From Oscillospiraceae bacterium (GTDB lineage: Bacteria > Bacillota > Clostridia > Oscillospirales > CAG-272), in the NCBI GenBank assembly GCA_015063645.1, contig SVTS01000003.1, forward strand, positions 6,422-70,421: a stretch of 64,000 nucleotides of DNA. Direction: 5' to 3'. Under the pieces are notes generated by a model, which saw only the letters and a program-made list of their open reading frames with translations, was not told the origin of the DNA and did not search any database. The position numbers were made by a program, and so were the translations under genes. Positions 37,234 through 45,546 of the stretch are shown here, in pieces. Position 1 is the stretch's first letter. The number at the start of each line of letters is the position of its first letter.

Positions 37234-39657
37234 TTATTTAATATACAATTTCGTTGTCAGTGCGGCGGGGATCATCCAGAACAGCTGATTTGCCACAACA
37301 AGCCAGGATCCGATTGCACTGAGATTGCCCGACAGGGATACGATGAACATGATCGTCAGCGTGACGATTGCTGCGATAATGCTGATGATCATATTGGTAC
37401 GCTTGACGCTGAGCACCGTATCGCACAGGGAAACGACCTGAAGCAACCCCTTGGTGGAACCGCGGGTCACGATACCGCTGTCTGCGCGCTCACGATCGGC
37501 ATCGCCGTCATGAAGCTTCACAACCTTCAGCGGGTACTTCTTGCCCTTCACCTTGGAGAAGATCATCTCTTCGTCGATGTTGGGATCCAGAGTCTTCACG
37601 CATACGCAGGTGCCGTTATTGGCGAACTGGCGCACGATGAATTCAAAGTCCGCATCCATGATGTACTTGATATACATCTTAGCGACGTACTTGCCGTCAC
37701 GCACCATGTACATGATGCTGAGATCGCCCTCGATGTAGGAATCCTCCTCCACCGTTTCCGCAGGAAGTTCAATTCCAAGCTCTGTCAGTACGGAAGAACG
37801 GCCGAACACGATGCTGCGTCCGTCCACGCTGGCTTCCAGATAGCCGACGCCGGCGCTGAGGATTTCCACGTCATCGGAATGTCCCATTTCGATGGTAGCA
37901 ACATCAAACACATCGCCAAGCGGACCGCCTGCGGCGGAGAATACGCTGGCAGCGTAATACAGAATACGGTCGATACGGTTATTGCCCACGATCTTGATAT
38001 TCTGTACCTTTACACCGTAGGAGGGGAACACGTTCTTATCATCAAAGGAGATGATGGACGCGCCCGCATATTCCTCAAGGGAGGATTCGCCCACGATGGT
38101 GCTGTCCATTTCATACGCATCCTGATTTGCCTTATAGAAAGGATAGCTGTATGTAAAAAACATGGACATCGGGATCGCACCGAGGATTGCCACATAGGCA
38201 ATGCTGACAGCATCCGCAGCGGATGCACCGCCGACTGCCGCGAAAATCGCCAGAAGAACTGCGGCGGCGGTGATCACCGTCAGCATGGCGGTTACGTAAA
38301 CGCGGGTGGAATTCAGGATAGCTGTGGTACGGGAGAAATATCCGTCCACGAAATCCGCCTGTTCAATCTGCAGAACATCCGGATTGTCCTCATCCAGCGC
38401 GCCGAACGCCTCGCTCTCAGGAGAAGAAGCAGATGAAGGAATGCGGCGGAAGACGAATTTCTGTTTTTTGGAGGAAACAATATTAAAGGAGAAAATCTCG
38501 CGCTTGGTATTCAGATAGGAGAAAACCAGTGCCATCAGTGCGCAGGCGGCAACGGCGAAGTTATACACCGGCGGTTCCACGCCCTGTACGGACAGCATAG
38601 CGGCAATGGTGGAATACAGCACGCCGAACACAGCAAGGACAGCAAGAACGCTTTCCGGTGTCGGGCGACCGGTGATCAGATTCCGCACGCCGGCGAAAAT
38701 CTGCTCATAGGCAACTGCGCAGGCAAGCAGCATGATCTGCAGGCTTACCATGATATAGACAACGGGATATACAGCGGGATCCAGCGCACCGGCAAACTGC
38801 ACGCCGAAGATGGAAATATTCTCGAAGAAGAACGCAAGCACTGCCAGGAAAGCGGCAGCAGCCATCTTGATCTTGAGCGAAGTGAGAGAATACTTATAGG
38901 CAGCGGCAATCTTGGGTGTCTGGGAGCGCTCGGTATATTCATACTCAACAACGCGGCGCTGCTGCTCCTCGTATTCCTTCGCTTCCGCATCATTGCGGGC
39001 AGCTACCTTATCGGCGGTACCAACGCCGGCTTTTTTATCCAGCTGATCTTCCATGCCCCAGCCGACGAAGAGATTCTGCTCCGTATCATCCACTTCCTCG
39101 GGAGAAAGCTCATCGGGATCAACGGCGTCTTCTTCCGCTTCGGCTGATTTTTCGGGCTCCTTGGATTCTTTTTTGTCCGCGGAAGGATCATCCAGCCCCA
39201 GAGCCATCAGCAATTCAGGATCAATCTCCTCACGGGGCGCCTCCTCGGAAATCTCCTCCGCGATTTTGATATCTTCATCCTCATTCTCATCGGAATCTTC
39301 CTGTGCAGAGGAAATCTGATCAAAGATTTCGCTGTCAGGTGCCGCAGGTTCTTCCTTTTTCCGGGAAGAACGCAGGCGCGCAAAGAAGCCCTGTTTTTTC
39401 GGCGGATCCTCCTCCGGATAGTCCTCGTCGATAACTTCCTCTTCCTCCTCCGGAACAATCTCTGCCGGAGCGGGTTTCTGCGCTTTCTTCGGGTTCTCGG
39501 ACGCAGGTACCTCCTCCTCAGACTCGGCAAATTCGGGGAGATATTTCCGCAGAAGCTCCTGAATCTCCAGATCGCTGTCGGTATTCACATCCGGACTGGA
39601 GGATTTTACGTTTGTTTTCTGCGCGGCGTTCGATGCGGATTTATTTTTCTCATTCAT
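37234..39657 (-). CDS. Membrane protein: acidic disordered N-terminus plus degenerate P1B-type ATPase core
   Basis: ~240 aa D/E/K/P-rich region; multiple TM helices; SFDDKNVF, GPLGDVF, GVGYLEASVDG and KTLDPN sit where the P-ATPase motifs are expected. Confidence 0.75.
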   Translation of the reverse strand: MNEKNKSASNAAQKTNVKSSSPDVNTDSDLEIQELLRKYLPEFAESEEEVPASENPKKAQKPAPAEIVPEEEEEVIDEDYPEEDPPKKQGFFARLRSSRKKEEPAAPDSEIFDQISSAQEDSDENEDEDIKIAEEISEEAPREEIDPELLMALGLDDPSADKKESKEPEKSAEAEEDAVDPDELSPEEVDDTEQNLFVGWGMEDQLDKKAGVGTADKVAARNDAEAKEYEEQQRRVVEYEYTERSQTPKIAAAYKYSLTSLKIKMAAAAFLAVLAFFFENISIFGVQFAGALDPAVYPVVYIMVSLQIMLLACAVAYEQIFAGVRNLITGRPTPESVLAVLAVFGVLYSTIAAMLSVQGVEPPVYNFAVAACALMALVFSYLNTKREIFSFNIVSSKKQKFVFRRIPSSASSPESEAFGALDEDNPDVLQIEQADFVDGYFSRTTAILNSTRVYVTAMLTVITAAAVLLAIFAAVGGASAADAVSIAYVAILGAIPMSMFFTYSYPFYKANQDAYEMDSTIVGESSLEEYAGASIISFDDKNVFPSYGVKVQNIKIVGNNRIDRILYYAASVFSAAGGPLGDVFDVATIEMGHSDDVEILSAGVGYLEASVDGRSIVFGRSSVLTELGIELPAETVEEDSYIEGDLSIMYMVRDGKYVAKMYIKYIMDADFEFIVRQFANNGTCVCVKTLDPNIDEEMIFSKVKGKKYPLKVVKLHDGDADRERADSGIVTRGSTKGLLQVVSLCDTVLSVKRTNMIISIIAAIVTLTIMFIVSLSGNLSAIGSWLVVANQLFWMIPAALTTKLYIK

Positions 39658-39686
39658 AGCTTTTCATCCAATCATCAAAAGATTTA

Positions 39687-40523
39687 TCACGGTTTCGGAG
39701 TTCGCTGCATCCGGGCTGCGTGACACAGAATCACGGAAGCGGCTGTGGAAACGTTCAGAGAATTGACCTGCCCATACATGGGGATGGATACAATAAAATC
39801 GCTTTTTTCACGGACAAGACGGCTGACGCCTTCTCCCTCGCTGCCCAGCACAACGGCGACGCCCGTATCCCAATCGGTTTCGTAATAGGGCGTACCGCCT
39901 GCTTCGGCGGTGTAGATCCAGAGACCAAGTTCCTTCAGTTTTTCCACGGCGGAGGCAATGTTCTGCACCTTGGCGACGGCCATATGCTCCAGCGCACCGG
40001 CGGAAGCAGTTGCCACCACGGGGGTAAGTCCCACGGCATGCCTCTTAGGAAGCACGATACCGTGCGCACCGGCGCATTCCGCGCATCGGATCACGGCACC
40101 GAGATTATGGGGATCCTCAATTCCGTCACAGACAACCACAAGGGGACGCTCACCCTTTTCCCGGGCGATTTCCACGATGGTTTCCAGATCCACGTACTGC
40201 TTCTCAGCCGCCATAGCGGCAACGCCCTGGTGATGTGCGCCGCAGGTCATGGTATCCAGTTTGGCGTTATCCACTTCGATCACCGGAATACCGAGGCGGA
40301 TCGCCTCAGCGACAATCACGGTGATGGAGCCCTCACGGTCACCAGCTCGGACGAAGATTTTATCCACAGAACGCCCGGTTTTCAGCAGTTCACGCACGGA
40401 ATTCCGTCCTGCGACGACATTTTCCGGCGGCGCCTGCGCCTCACGGCGGGAATCATCCTGCCGGCGGGCGGGGGTATTTTTGTTTCTTGAAAAATTCTTT
40501 TTCTTATTCGGGTAGTTATTCAT
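39687..40523 (-). CDS. rlmB: 23S rRNA Gm2251 methyltransferase
   Basis: GRNSV.E, HQGV, DPHNLGA, GSEGEG and SLNVS motifs. Confidence 0.95.
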   Translation of the reverse strand: MNNYPNKKKNFSRNKNTPARRQDDSRREAQAPPENVVAGRNSVRELLKTGRSVDKIFVRAGDREGSITVIVAEAIRLGIPVIEVDNAKLDTMTCGAHHQGVAAMAAEKQYVDLETIVEIAREKGERPLVVVCDGIEDPHNLGAVIRCAECAGAHGIVLPKRHAVGLTPVVATASAGALEHMAVAKVQNIASAVEKLKELGLWIYTAEAGGTPYYETDWDTGVAVVLGSEGEGVSRLVREKSDFIVSIPMYGQVNSLNVSTAASVILCHAARMQRTPKP

Positions 40524-40674
40524 TGTGATATCCGACCACCGGTCGGCCCTTTTCCTTCTCAAATAGACGCAGATATAAGTACTCTGCATACATTATATCA
40601 CAAAAAAATGCGTTTGTACATATAATTTTATTTTTTTCTCAAAAAGAATATTTTCCTATGCCGCTTTCCGGCAG

Positions 40675-40707
40675 AAAAAAGAAGGCACACGGAAACCGTG
40701 CACCTTC
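40675..40707 (-). terminator. Intrinsic terminator after the zinc-ribbon gene
   Basis: Minus strand GAAGGTGCACGG-TTT-CCGTGTGCCTTC-TTTTTT. Confidence 0.8.
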
Positions 40708-40727
40708 GATTTTATCAGGATACAGAA

Positions 40728-41006
40728 TTACTGCTGCTCCTTGATGGCTGCAAAGCACTCGCTGCAGTAAACCGGTCTGTCGCTGGTGGGCTGGAAGGGA
40801 ACCTTAGCTTCCTTGCCGCATCTTGCGCAAACAGTGGTAAACAGCTCTCTCTGCGTCTTGGTGGCGTTCTTGCGTGCGTCACGGCAGGTCTTGCAGCGCT
40901 GGGGCTCATTCTGGAAGCCCTTCTCTGCGTAGAACTCCTGCTCGCCGGCGGTGAATACGAACTCGTTGCCGCATTCTTTGCACGTCAGTGTCTTGTCCTG
41001 GTACAT
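40728..41006 (-). CDS. Zinc-ribbon / CxxC-x17-CxxC domain protein
   Basis: MYQDKTLTCKECG.EFVFTAGEQEFY..PQRCKTC and CARCG..VPF.P...RPVYCSEC; GAGG RBS. Confidence 0.92.
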   Translation of the reverse strand: MYQDKTLTCKECGNEFVFTAGEQEFYAEKGFQNEPQRCKTCRDARKNATKTQRELFTTVCARCGKEAKVPFQPTSDRPVYCSECFAAIKEQQ

Positions 41007-41041
41007 TTCTTCAACCTCGCTTAAAAAATGGATAAAAATTT

Positions 41042-41138
41042 TTGCCCTCGACGGACTTTCACCGTCACCTTTGGAATACAACGCTCTGAGATTAAGCTAT
41101 TCGGGCTTACATATTAAAAATGCTTTCGCATCTAATAT
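41042..41138 (-). ncRNA. Candidate structured cis-regulatory leader RNA (unnamed)
   Basis: Three hairpins, including a GAAA tetraloop stem and GACGG-UGAAAGU-CCGUC, in the 5' region of the zinc-ribbon gene. Confidence 0.4.
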
Positions 41139-41143
41139 CAAAT

Positions 41144-41716
41144 TCAGTTCTCAAGCAAGCCTTTTATCTTAACACGTATCCTGTATACAGCGTTGTGGAC
41201 GGATTTTTCCGATTTACCGACGCTTAAAGAAATACACTTCACGGACCTGCCACTAATGTACTGCTCAAATATTTTCTTTTCGTAAGGAGAGAGAACCTGA
41301 TCAATCCGGTTTTTCAGAGAACCGGATGCATCCCTGGCGGAGGCGATATACAGAGGGTCCTCCACAGGGGACATAACGGGGGGAGGGGATTTCTTCACTG
41401 CACGTTCCCTGCTCGCGGATTTGCGGAGCGCGGAAACAAGAGAATTGCGGATACATATTTTGGCGTAAAGTCCGAAACTGACGCTTCTCTGGGACAGATT
41501 ATACGTCTGCGCGGCACGGTACAAAGCAAGCTGTGCTTCCTGCTCCAGATCCTGCACGCCCATCGCGGCGGCATCACCGAGAGATTCGAAAGACGGCGCA
41601 AACCGTGCACTCATGGACTTGACAAGAGGTGCATAATGCTCACTGAGCTGTGCAAAAGCATTCTCATCTCCTGCAGCAACTGCTGCAAGAAGCGTTACAA
41701 GCTCCTCCTCCAACAT
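41144..41716 (-). CDS. SigH-like sigma-70 family sigma factor
   Basis: GDENAF..L, DLEQEA..AL..A, SFGLYA..CIRN, LSPYE and KSVHNAVYRIR motifs. Confidence 0.85.
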   Translation of the reverse strand: MLEEELVTLLAAVAAGDENAFAQLSEHYAPLVKSMSARFAPSFESLGDAAAMGVQDLEQEAQLALYRAAQTYNLSQRSVSFGLYAKICIRNSLVSALRKSASRERAVKKSPPPVMSPVEDPLYIASARDASGSLKNRIDQVLSPYEKKIFEQYISGRSVKCISLSVGKSEKSVHNAVYRIRVKIKGLLEN

Positions 41717-41750
41717 TTCCACCACAAATTCGTTACAGATTTATGAATAC

Positions 41751-41778
41751 ATTATAGCATGAAATACGGTTTTGTCAA
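41751..41778 (-). promoter_or_regulatory. sigmaA promoter for the sigma-factor gene
   Basis: TTGACA, 16 bp spacer, TATAAT with extended -10 TG. Confidence 0.65.
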
Positions 41779-41866
41779 TAGTTTACCAAAAAATTTTTTA
41801 AAAATCTGATATTTTTTGTAAAAAGGCTATCCGGCAGAAATAAACAGCAGCGGAGCTTTCCATATT

Positions 41867-42442
41867 TTATTCAAAAATATAGTTTACATCACCGCTGAGC
41901 AGCGCAAGGATACCCCGATAGATGATTTCCGGCTTATCGGCGAAGTTCTGCTGGATCCTCTCCAGCATCCGCCGGTCATCCACGCGGAGATCCACAGCCA
42001 GCACATCTCCGTTTTTATCCTTAATGGAACAGTGGTACAGATACCCGTCGCCCAGGGATTCATAATTCTGATCCACCGCCGCGCCGAGGCTCTGCAGGGA
42101 CAGATGACGCAGTGCGCTGCGCGTCCCCTGCTCTCTGACGGTGACCATCAGGTTTTCCCCAAGGACATGAGCCACCTCGCGCCCGGTATCGGTTATGATA
42201 TACTTTTCATCGGATTCGCTTCCGGCATGGAGCGGCAGCTGTTCGCCGTCATTTTCCGCCCGGACAACGTGTCCCGCATCCACCAGCTCGTAAAACGCAT
42301 CGGCAAAATCGAAGAACCGGACGATACCGTCCTGCACCACGATGGAGCCGATCGTATTGTAATCCAGCGGATATCCGATTTTATCCAGCAGAAACAGAAT
42401 GAATATTTTTATTTCATTTTTTTCTCGCAATGGCGATGGCAT
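41867..42442 (-). CDS. DUF4364 family winged-helix protein
   Basis: EIKIFILFLL, FFD...ELV..G, Y.ITDTG and F..KPE.IY motifs; CAGGAGG RBS. Confidence 0.8.
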   Translation of the reverse strand: MPSPLREKNEIKIFILFLLDKIGYPLDYNTIGSIVVQDGIVRFFDFADAFYELVDAGHVVRAENDGEQLPLHAGSESDEKYIITDTGREVAHVLGENLMVTVREQGTRSALRHLSLQSLGAAVDQNYESLGDGYLYHCSIKDKNGDVLAVDLRVDDRRMLERIQQNFADKPEIIYRGILALLSGDVNYIFE

Positions 42443-42467
42443 AGGATTTCCTCCTGAAAATTGCGAT

Positions 42468-42496
42468 AAAAATCGGGAGGCACAAGCCTCCCGATT
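42468..42496 (-). terminator. Intrinsic terminator after the oppA-like gene
   Basis: AATCGGGAGGC/GCCTCCCGATT stem with U tract on the minus strand. Confidence 0.75.
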
Positions 42497-42533
42497 CATC
42501 TTTTATGATAGGGGATTCCCGCGCTCGGGAAAA

Positions 42534-44294
42534 TTACTGAGCGGCGCTTTCCTCAGCCGCGGTGGTGCCCTGCATATCAGCAGGCAGATACTGAACGTAA
42601 TCTTTCAGTTTCATGCGCTTGAATTCGCGGGTGCCGAAGTAAGAATCCTTATTGCCGGACAGTTCAGCGTTGATGAGGTATGCATCCTGAAGGAATGCCA
42701 GAGGAATGATGGGCATATCTTCAACGAGCATCTTCTCTGCGTCGTGCAGGATTGCAGCTCTGCCTGCAGCGGTCTTCTCTGCGTATGCGGAGTCGATCAG
42801 CGCATTGTAAGCTTCGCTGGAATAACCGGTGATATGACCGTGGAGGTCATAATCCTTGGAGTTCATATCCACGCCGTTGCCGGAGAAGGAGGTTGCAAAG
42901 GGAGCCAGAGCGGAGAACGCATCGGGAGCCAGCATCTGGAAGTCCACTGCGATTACATCAAACTTGCCGCTCTTGTAGATTTCGTCATAAGCATCAGCGT
43001 ATGCGTTATCATAGCCGGCGAGTTTCTTGACTTCGGTCTCCTTAACGGTAACCTTGAAGCCGAGGGAGTTCCACACGCCTGCAACGTACTCAGCAACAGC
43101 ACGGTCGGTCTCGGTAGCACGGATGGTGATGGTGAAGGAACCGCTGGTCACGCCTGCTTCTTTCAGCAGAGACTGAGCGCCGGCAACATCGGCGGAGGAC
43201 TTGATCAGTTCACCGCCCACTGCGCGGAAGCTGGTACCCTGTGCGGTATCGAATACCTTCTCGGGGATAATACCGGTAGCAGCCTTGGCGTAGGTAAGGA
43301 TCTTTACGATCTCATTACGGTCGATAGCCATGGAGAGAGCTTTACGAACGCGTGCATCGGAGAACAGCTTGTTGGTGGTATTGAAATAGTAGGAATGCGT
43401 AGACAGCTCATCGGTGATCACAGCAGTGTCCTTGTACTGTGCGCGGGAAGCCAGCGGGATCTCACCCAGGTAGAAGAGCTCGCCTGCCTCAAACTTAGCC
43501 AGCTGAGCAGCTGCATCGCCTGCAGCGAGGTTGTTCTCAAGACGGTAGGGGATAACGAACTTATCGATCGCCTGAGTCTCGTTGTCAGCTTCCAGATAGT
43601 AGTAGTTGGAACGCTCCAGACGCATAGCGGAACCTGCGGTGAACTCCTTGATAGCGAAGGGACCGTTGGTTACCAGCGTGGAGGACTGCTTAGCCCAGTT
43701 CACATCGCGGGAAACAATATCCTCACGCAGCGGAACGAGAGCAGGGCTTGCGAGATTTGCCAGGAACAGATCCACGTCGATCTTATAGTCGAAGTCGATC
43801 TGGAGAACGTATGTATCAACGGAGGAAACGCCCACGTCGTCGACAGAAGCGTCACCCAGCTTTACATCGCGGGCATTCCGGATGTCAAACAGGAGAGCAG
43901 CAGCTTCGCTCTTGAAATCGGGGTCGAGAATTCTCTTCCATGCGTACACAAAGTCAGCCGCCTGAACGGTACGGCCGTCGGTCCATCTGGTGGAGTTCAG
44001 GGTGATAAGCAGGCTGTAGCCGTCCTCATCGCTGCCCTTGAATTCATAACTCTTCATCAGAGCCTTTTTCCATTTACCTTCAGCGTCCAGATCGGTCAGA
44101 CCTTCGTAAACCATATCAAAGATCTTGATCATGGCACTGTCATCATAGTGCATAGCGGGGTCGAAGTCAGTAAGGGGCGTGGTCATATATACGTCGATGA
44201 CCATACCGGAGTTGTCACCCTCGATGGTCGTGCATGCAGAAAGCACGCCGAGAAGCATGACAGCGCAGAGCAGCAGAGAGATAATCCGTTTCAT
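42534..44294 (-). CDS. oppA: Family 5 (peptide) ABC substrate-binding lipoprotein
   Basis: Lipobox LSAC; WTDG..V.A.DFVYAWKR, NGPF and VRKALSMAIDR motifs. Confidence 0.9.
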   Translation of the reverse strand: MKRIISLLLCAVMLLGVLSACTTIEGDNSGMVIDVYMTTPLTDFDPAMHYDDSAMIKIFDMVYEGLTDLDAEGKWKKALMKSYEFKGSDEDGYSLLITLNSTRWTDGRTVQAADFVYAWKRILDPDFKSEAAALLFDIRNARDVKLGDASVDDVGVSSVDTYVLQIDFDYKIDVDLFLANLASPALVPLREDIVSRDVNWAKQSSTLVTNGPFAIKEFTAGSAMRLERSNYYYLEADNETQAIDKFVIPYRLENNLAAGDAAAQLAKFEAGELFYLGEIPLASRAQYKDTAVITDELSTHSYYFNTTNKLFSDARVRKALSMAIDRNEIVKILTYAKAATGIIPEKVFDTAQGTSFRAVGGELIKSSADVAGAQSLLKEAGVTSGSFTITIRATETDRAVAEYVAGVWNSLGFKVTVKETEVKKLAGYDNAYADAYDEIYKSGKFDVIAVDFQMLAPDAFSALAPFATSFSGNGVDMNSKDYDLHGHITGYSSEAYNALIDSAYAEKTAAGRAAILHDAEKMLVEDMPIIPLAFLQDAYLINAELSGNKDSYFGTREFKRMKLKDYVQYLPADMQGTTAAEESAAQ

Positions 44295-44364
44295 ATGTGG
44301 GTAAATCCTCCTCGTTTTTTAGCGGATCCGCACGCTAAAGATTTTACGTGCTTTTACTCAATCT

Positions 44365-44393
44365 ATTATATCACTATCGCGGCGGATAATCAA
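44365..44393 (-). promoter_or_regulatory. sigmaA promoter for oppA
   Basis: TTGATT, 17 bp spacer, TATAAT with extended -10 TG. Confidence 0.65.
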
Positions 44394-44534
44394 TCATGTA
44401 TTTTCAGTAATGGAGCAGTTTCGGACAGATGCACAATTATTTCCGCATTTTTTGGTTATTTTGAACATAACATTTTTTCCATTTTCAGGAATATTTGATA
44501 TCCCAATGGGTATTTTTGTATTTTCCGCCTCAGC

Positions 44535-44564
44535 GCATAAAGCGGTGCGTCCGGACAGACAATA
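44535..44564 (+). promoter_or_regulatory. Probable sigmaF/sigmaG promoter for gpr
   Basis: GCATA, 18 bp spacer, GACAATA; gpr is a known forespore-sigma target. Confidence 0.45.
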
Positions 44565-44590
44565 CATAAAAAGAAAAGCGGAGGAAAACC

Positions 44591-45475
44591 ATGCACAATT
44601 ACATGCGCACGGATCTGGCATGCGAAGCCCCGATCCCCCCGGAAAAACGCGGAATTCACCTGACTGAATACAGCCGCTCAGGCATCCGTATCGAGGAAAT
44701 GCAGGTACAGGAGGGCGAGGGTGAGAAGAGCATCGGCCGTCCTGCGGGACGGTATGTCACCCTGCACTGCGGAAAAATCTGGGAGATGGATCAGGATGCG
44801 CTGGCATGTACAGCCGAGGCAGCAGCGGAAATACTGCTTTCGTTCCTCACGGACTGCATCGGTTCTCCGCCCGGAACGGAGAGCGGCATTTTTGTGGCGG
44901 GACTGGGCAACCGGTTTATCACGGCGGATTCCATCGGTCCGCGGACCGCGGATCTGGTGACGGTCACCAATCACGCATCGGGAGAAGATTCCCTGCTGAG
45001 CCGGCTTGGATGCTGCCGTGTGTCCGCGCTGGCACCGGGTGTACTGGGGCAGACGGGACTGGAGGCAGCCCGGCTGATCGCCGAGGCGGCATCTGCCGCC
45101 CACGCGGATGCGATCATCGCAGTGGATGCGCTCGCGGCGCGCAGCACCGAACGGCTCGGCACAACGGTGCAGATTTCGGACACAGGCATCCGTCCCGGCT
45201 CGGGCATCGGCAATCACCGCGCCGCCATCACCGGGGACTCGATGGGGATTCCAGTCATCGCTATGGGTATTCCCACGGTAGTGGATTCCGCCACACTGGT
45301 ATGGGATGCCCTCGCAAATGCTGGGATCACGGAAGCGGACGATACTCTCACACAGGTTCTGGAAAACGGGCGGAAGTATATCGTCTCCCCCCGGGAGAGC
45401 GATCTGATTGCCGCATCGGCAGCGGAACTGCTTGGCGGGACATTGAATCGGGTTCTGACGCCGGCACTTCTCTGA
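44591..45475 (+). CDS. gpr: Germination protease GPR
   Basis: RTDLA.E, GRYVT, GLGN..ITADSIGP, VDALAAR, PGSGIGN and GIPTVVD motifs. Confidence 0.95.
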   Translation: MHNYMRTDLACEAPIPPEKRGIHLTEYSRSGIRIEEMQVQEGEGEKSIGRPAGRYVTLHCGKIWEMDQDALACTAEAAAEILLSFLTDCIGSPPGTESGIFVAGLGNRFITADSIGPRTADLVTVTNHASGEDSLLSRLGCCRVSALAPGVLGQTGLEAARLIAEAASAAHADAIIAVDALAARSTERLGTTVQISDTGIRPGSGIGNHRAAITGDSMGIPVIAMGIPTVVDSATLVWDALANAGITEADDTLTQVLENGRKYIVSPRESDLIAASAAELLGGTLNRVLTPALL

Positions 45476-45476
45476 G

Positions 45477-45505
45477 GTATAATCCACCGGACGGATGCAT
45501 ACACT
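45477..45505 (+). promoter_or_regulatory. Probable sigmaE promoter for spoIIP
   Basis: GTATA, 16 bp spacer, CATACACT. Confidence 0.5.
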
Positions 45506-45546
45506 GAAGCATCGTACAAACCGTCCGAAGTGGAAAAGGAGAAGTT

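Noticed and set aside
35338-38436. Very long antisense ORFs (35338-38436, 18692-21352, 1211-3826, 49665-52229, 27570-30020, 42399-44498 and others)
   Set aside because: They mirror real genes on the opposite strand, lack RBS and motifs, and are expected from high-GC codon bias.
41042-41095. Resemblance of GACGGUGAAAGUCCG to an FMN riboswitch arm
   Set aside because: Only one T-loop-like arm is present; the other FMN helices and conserved junctions are missing, and the downstream gene is not flavin-related.
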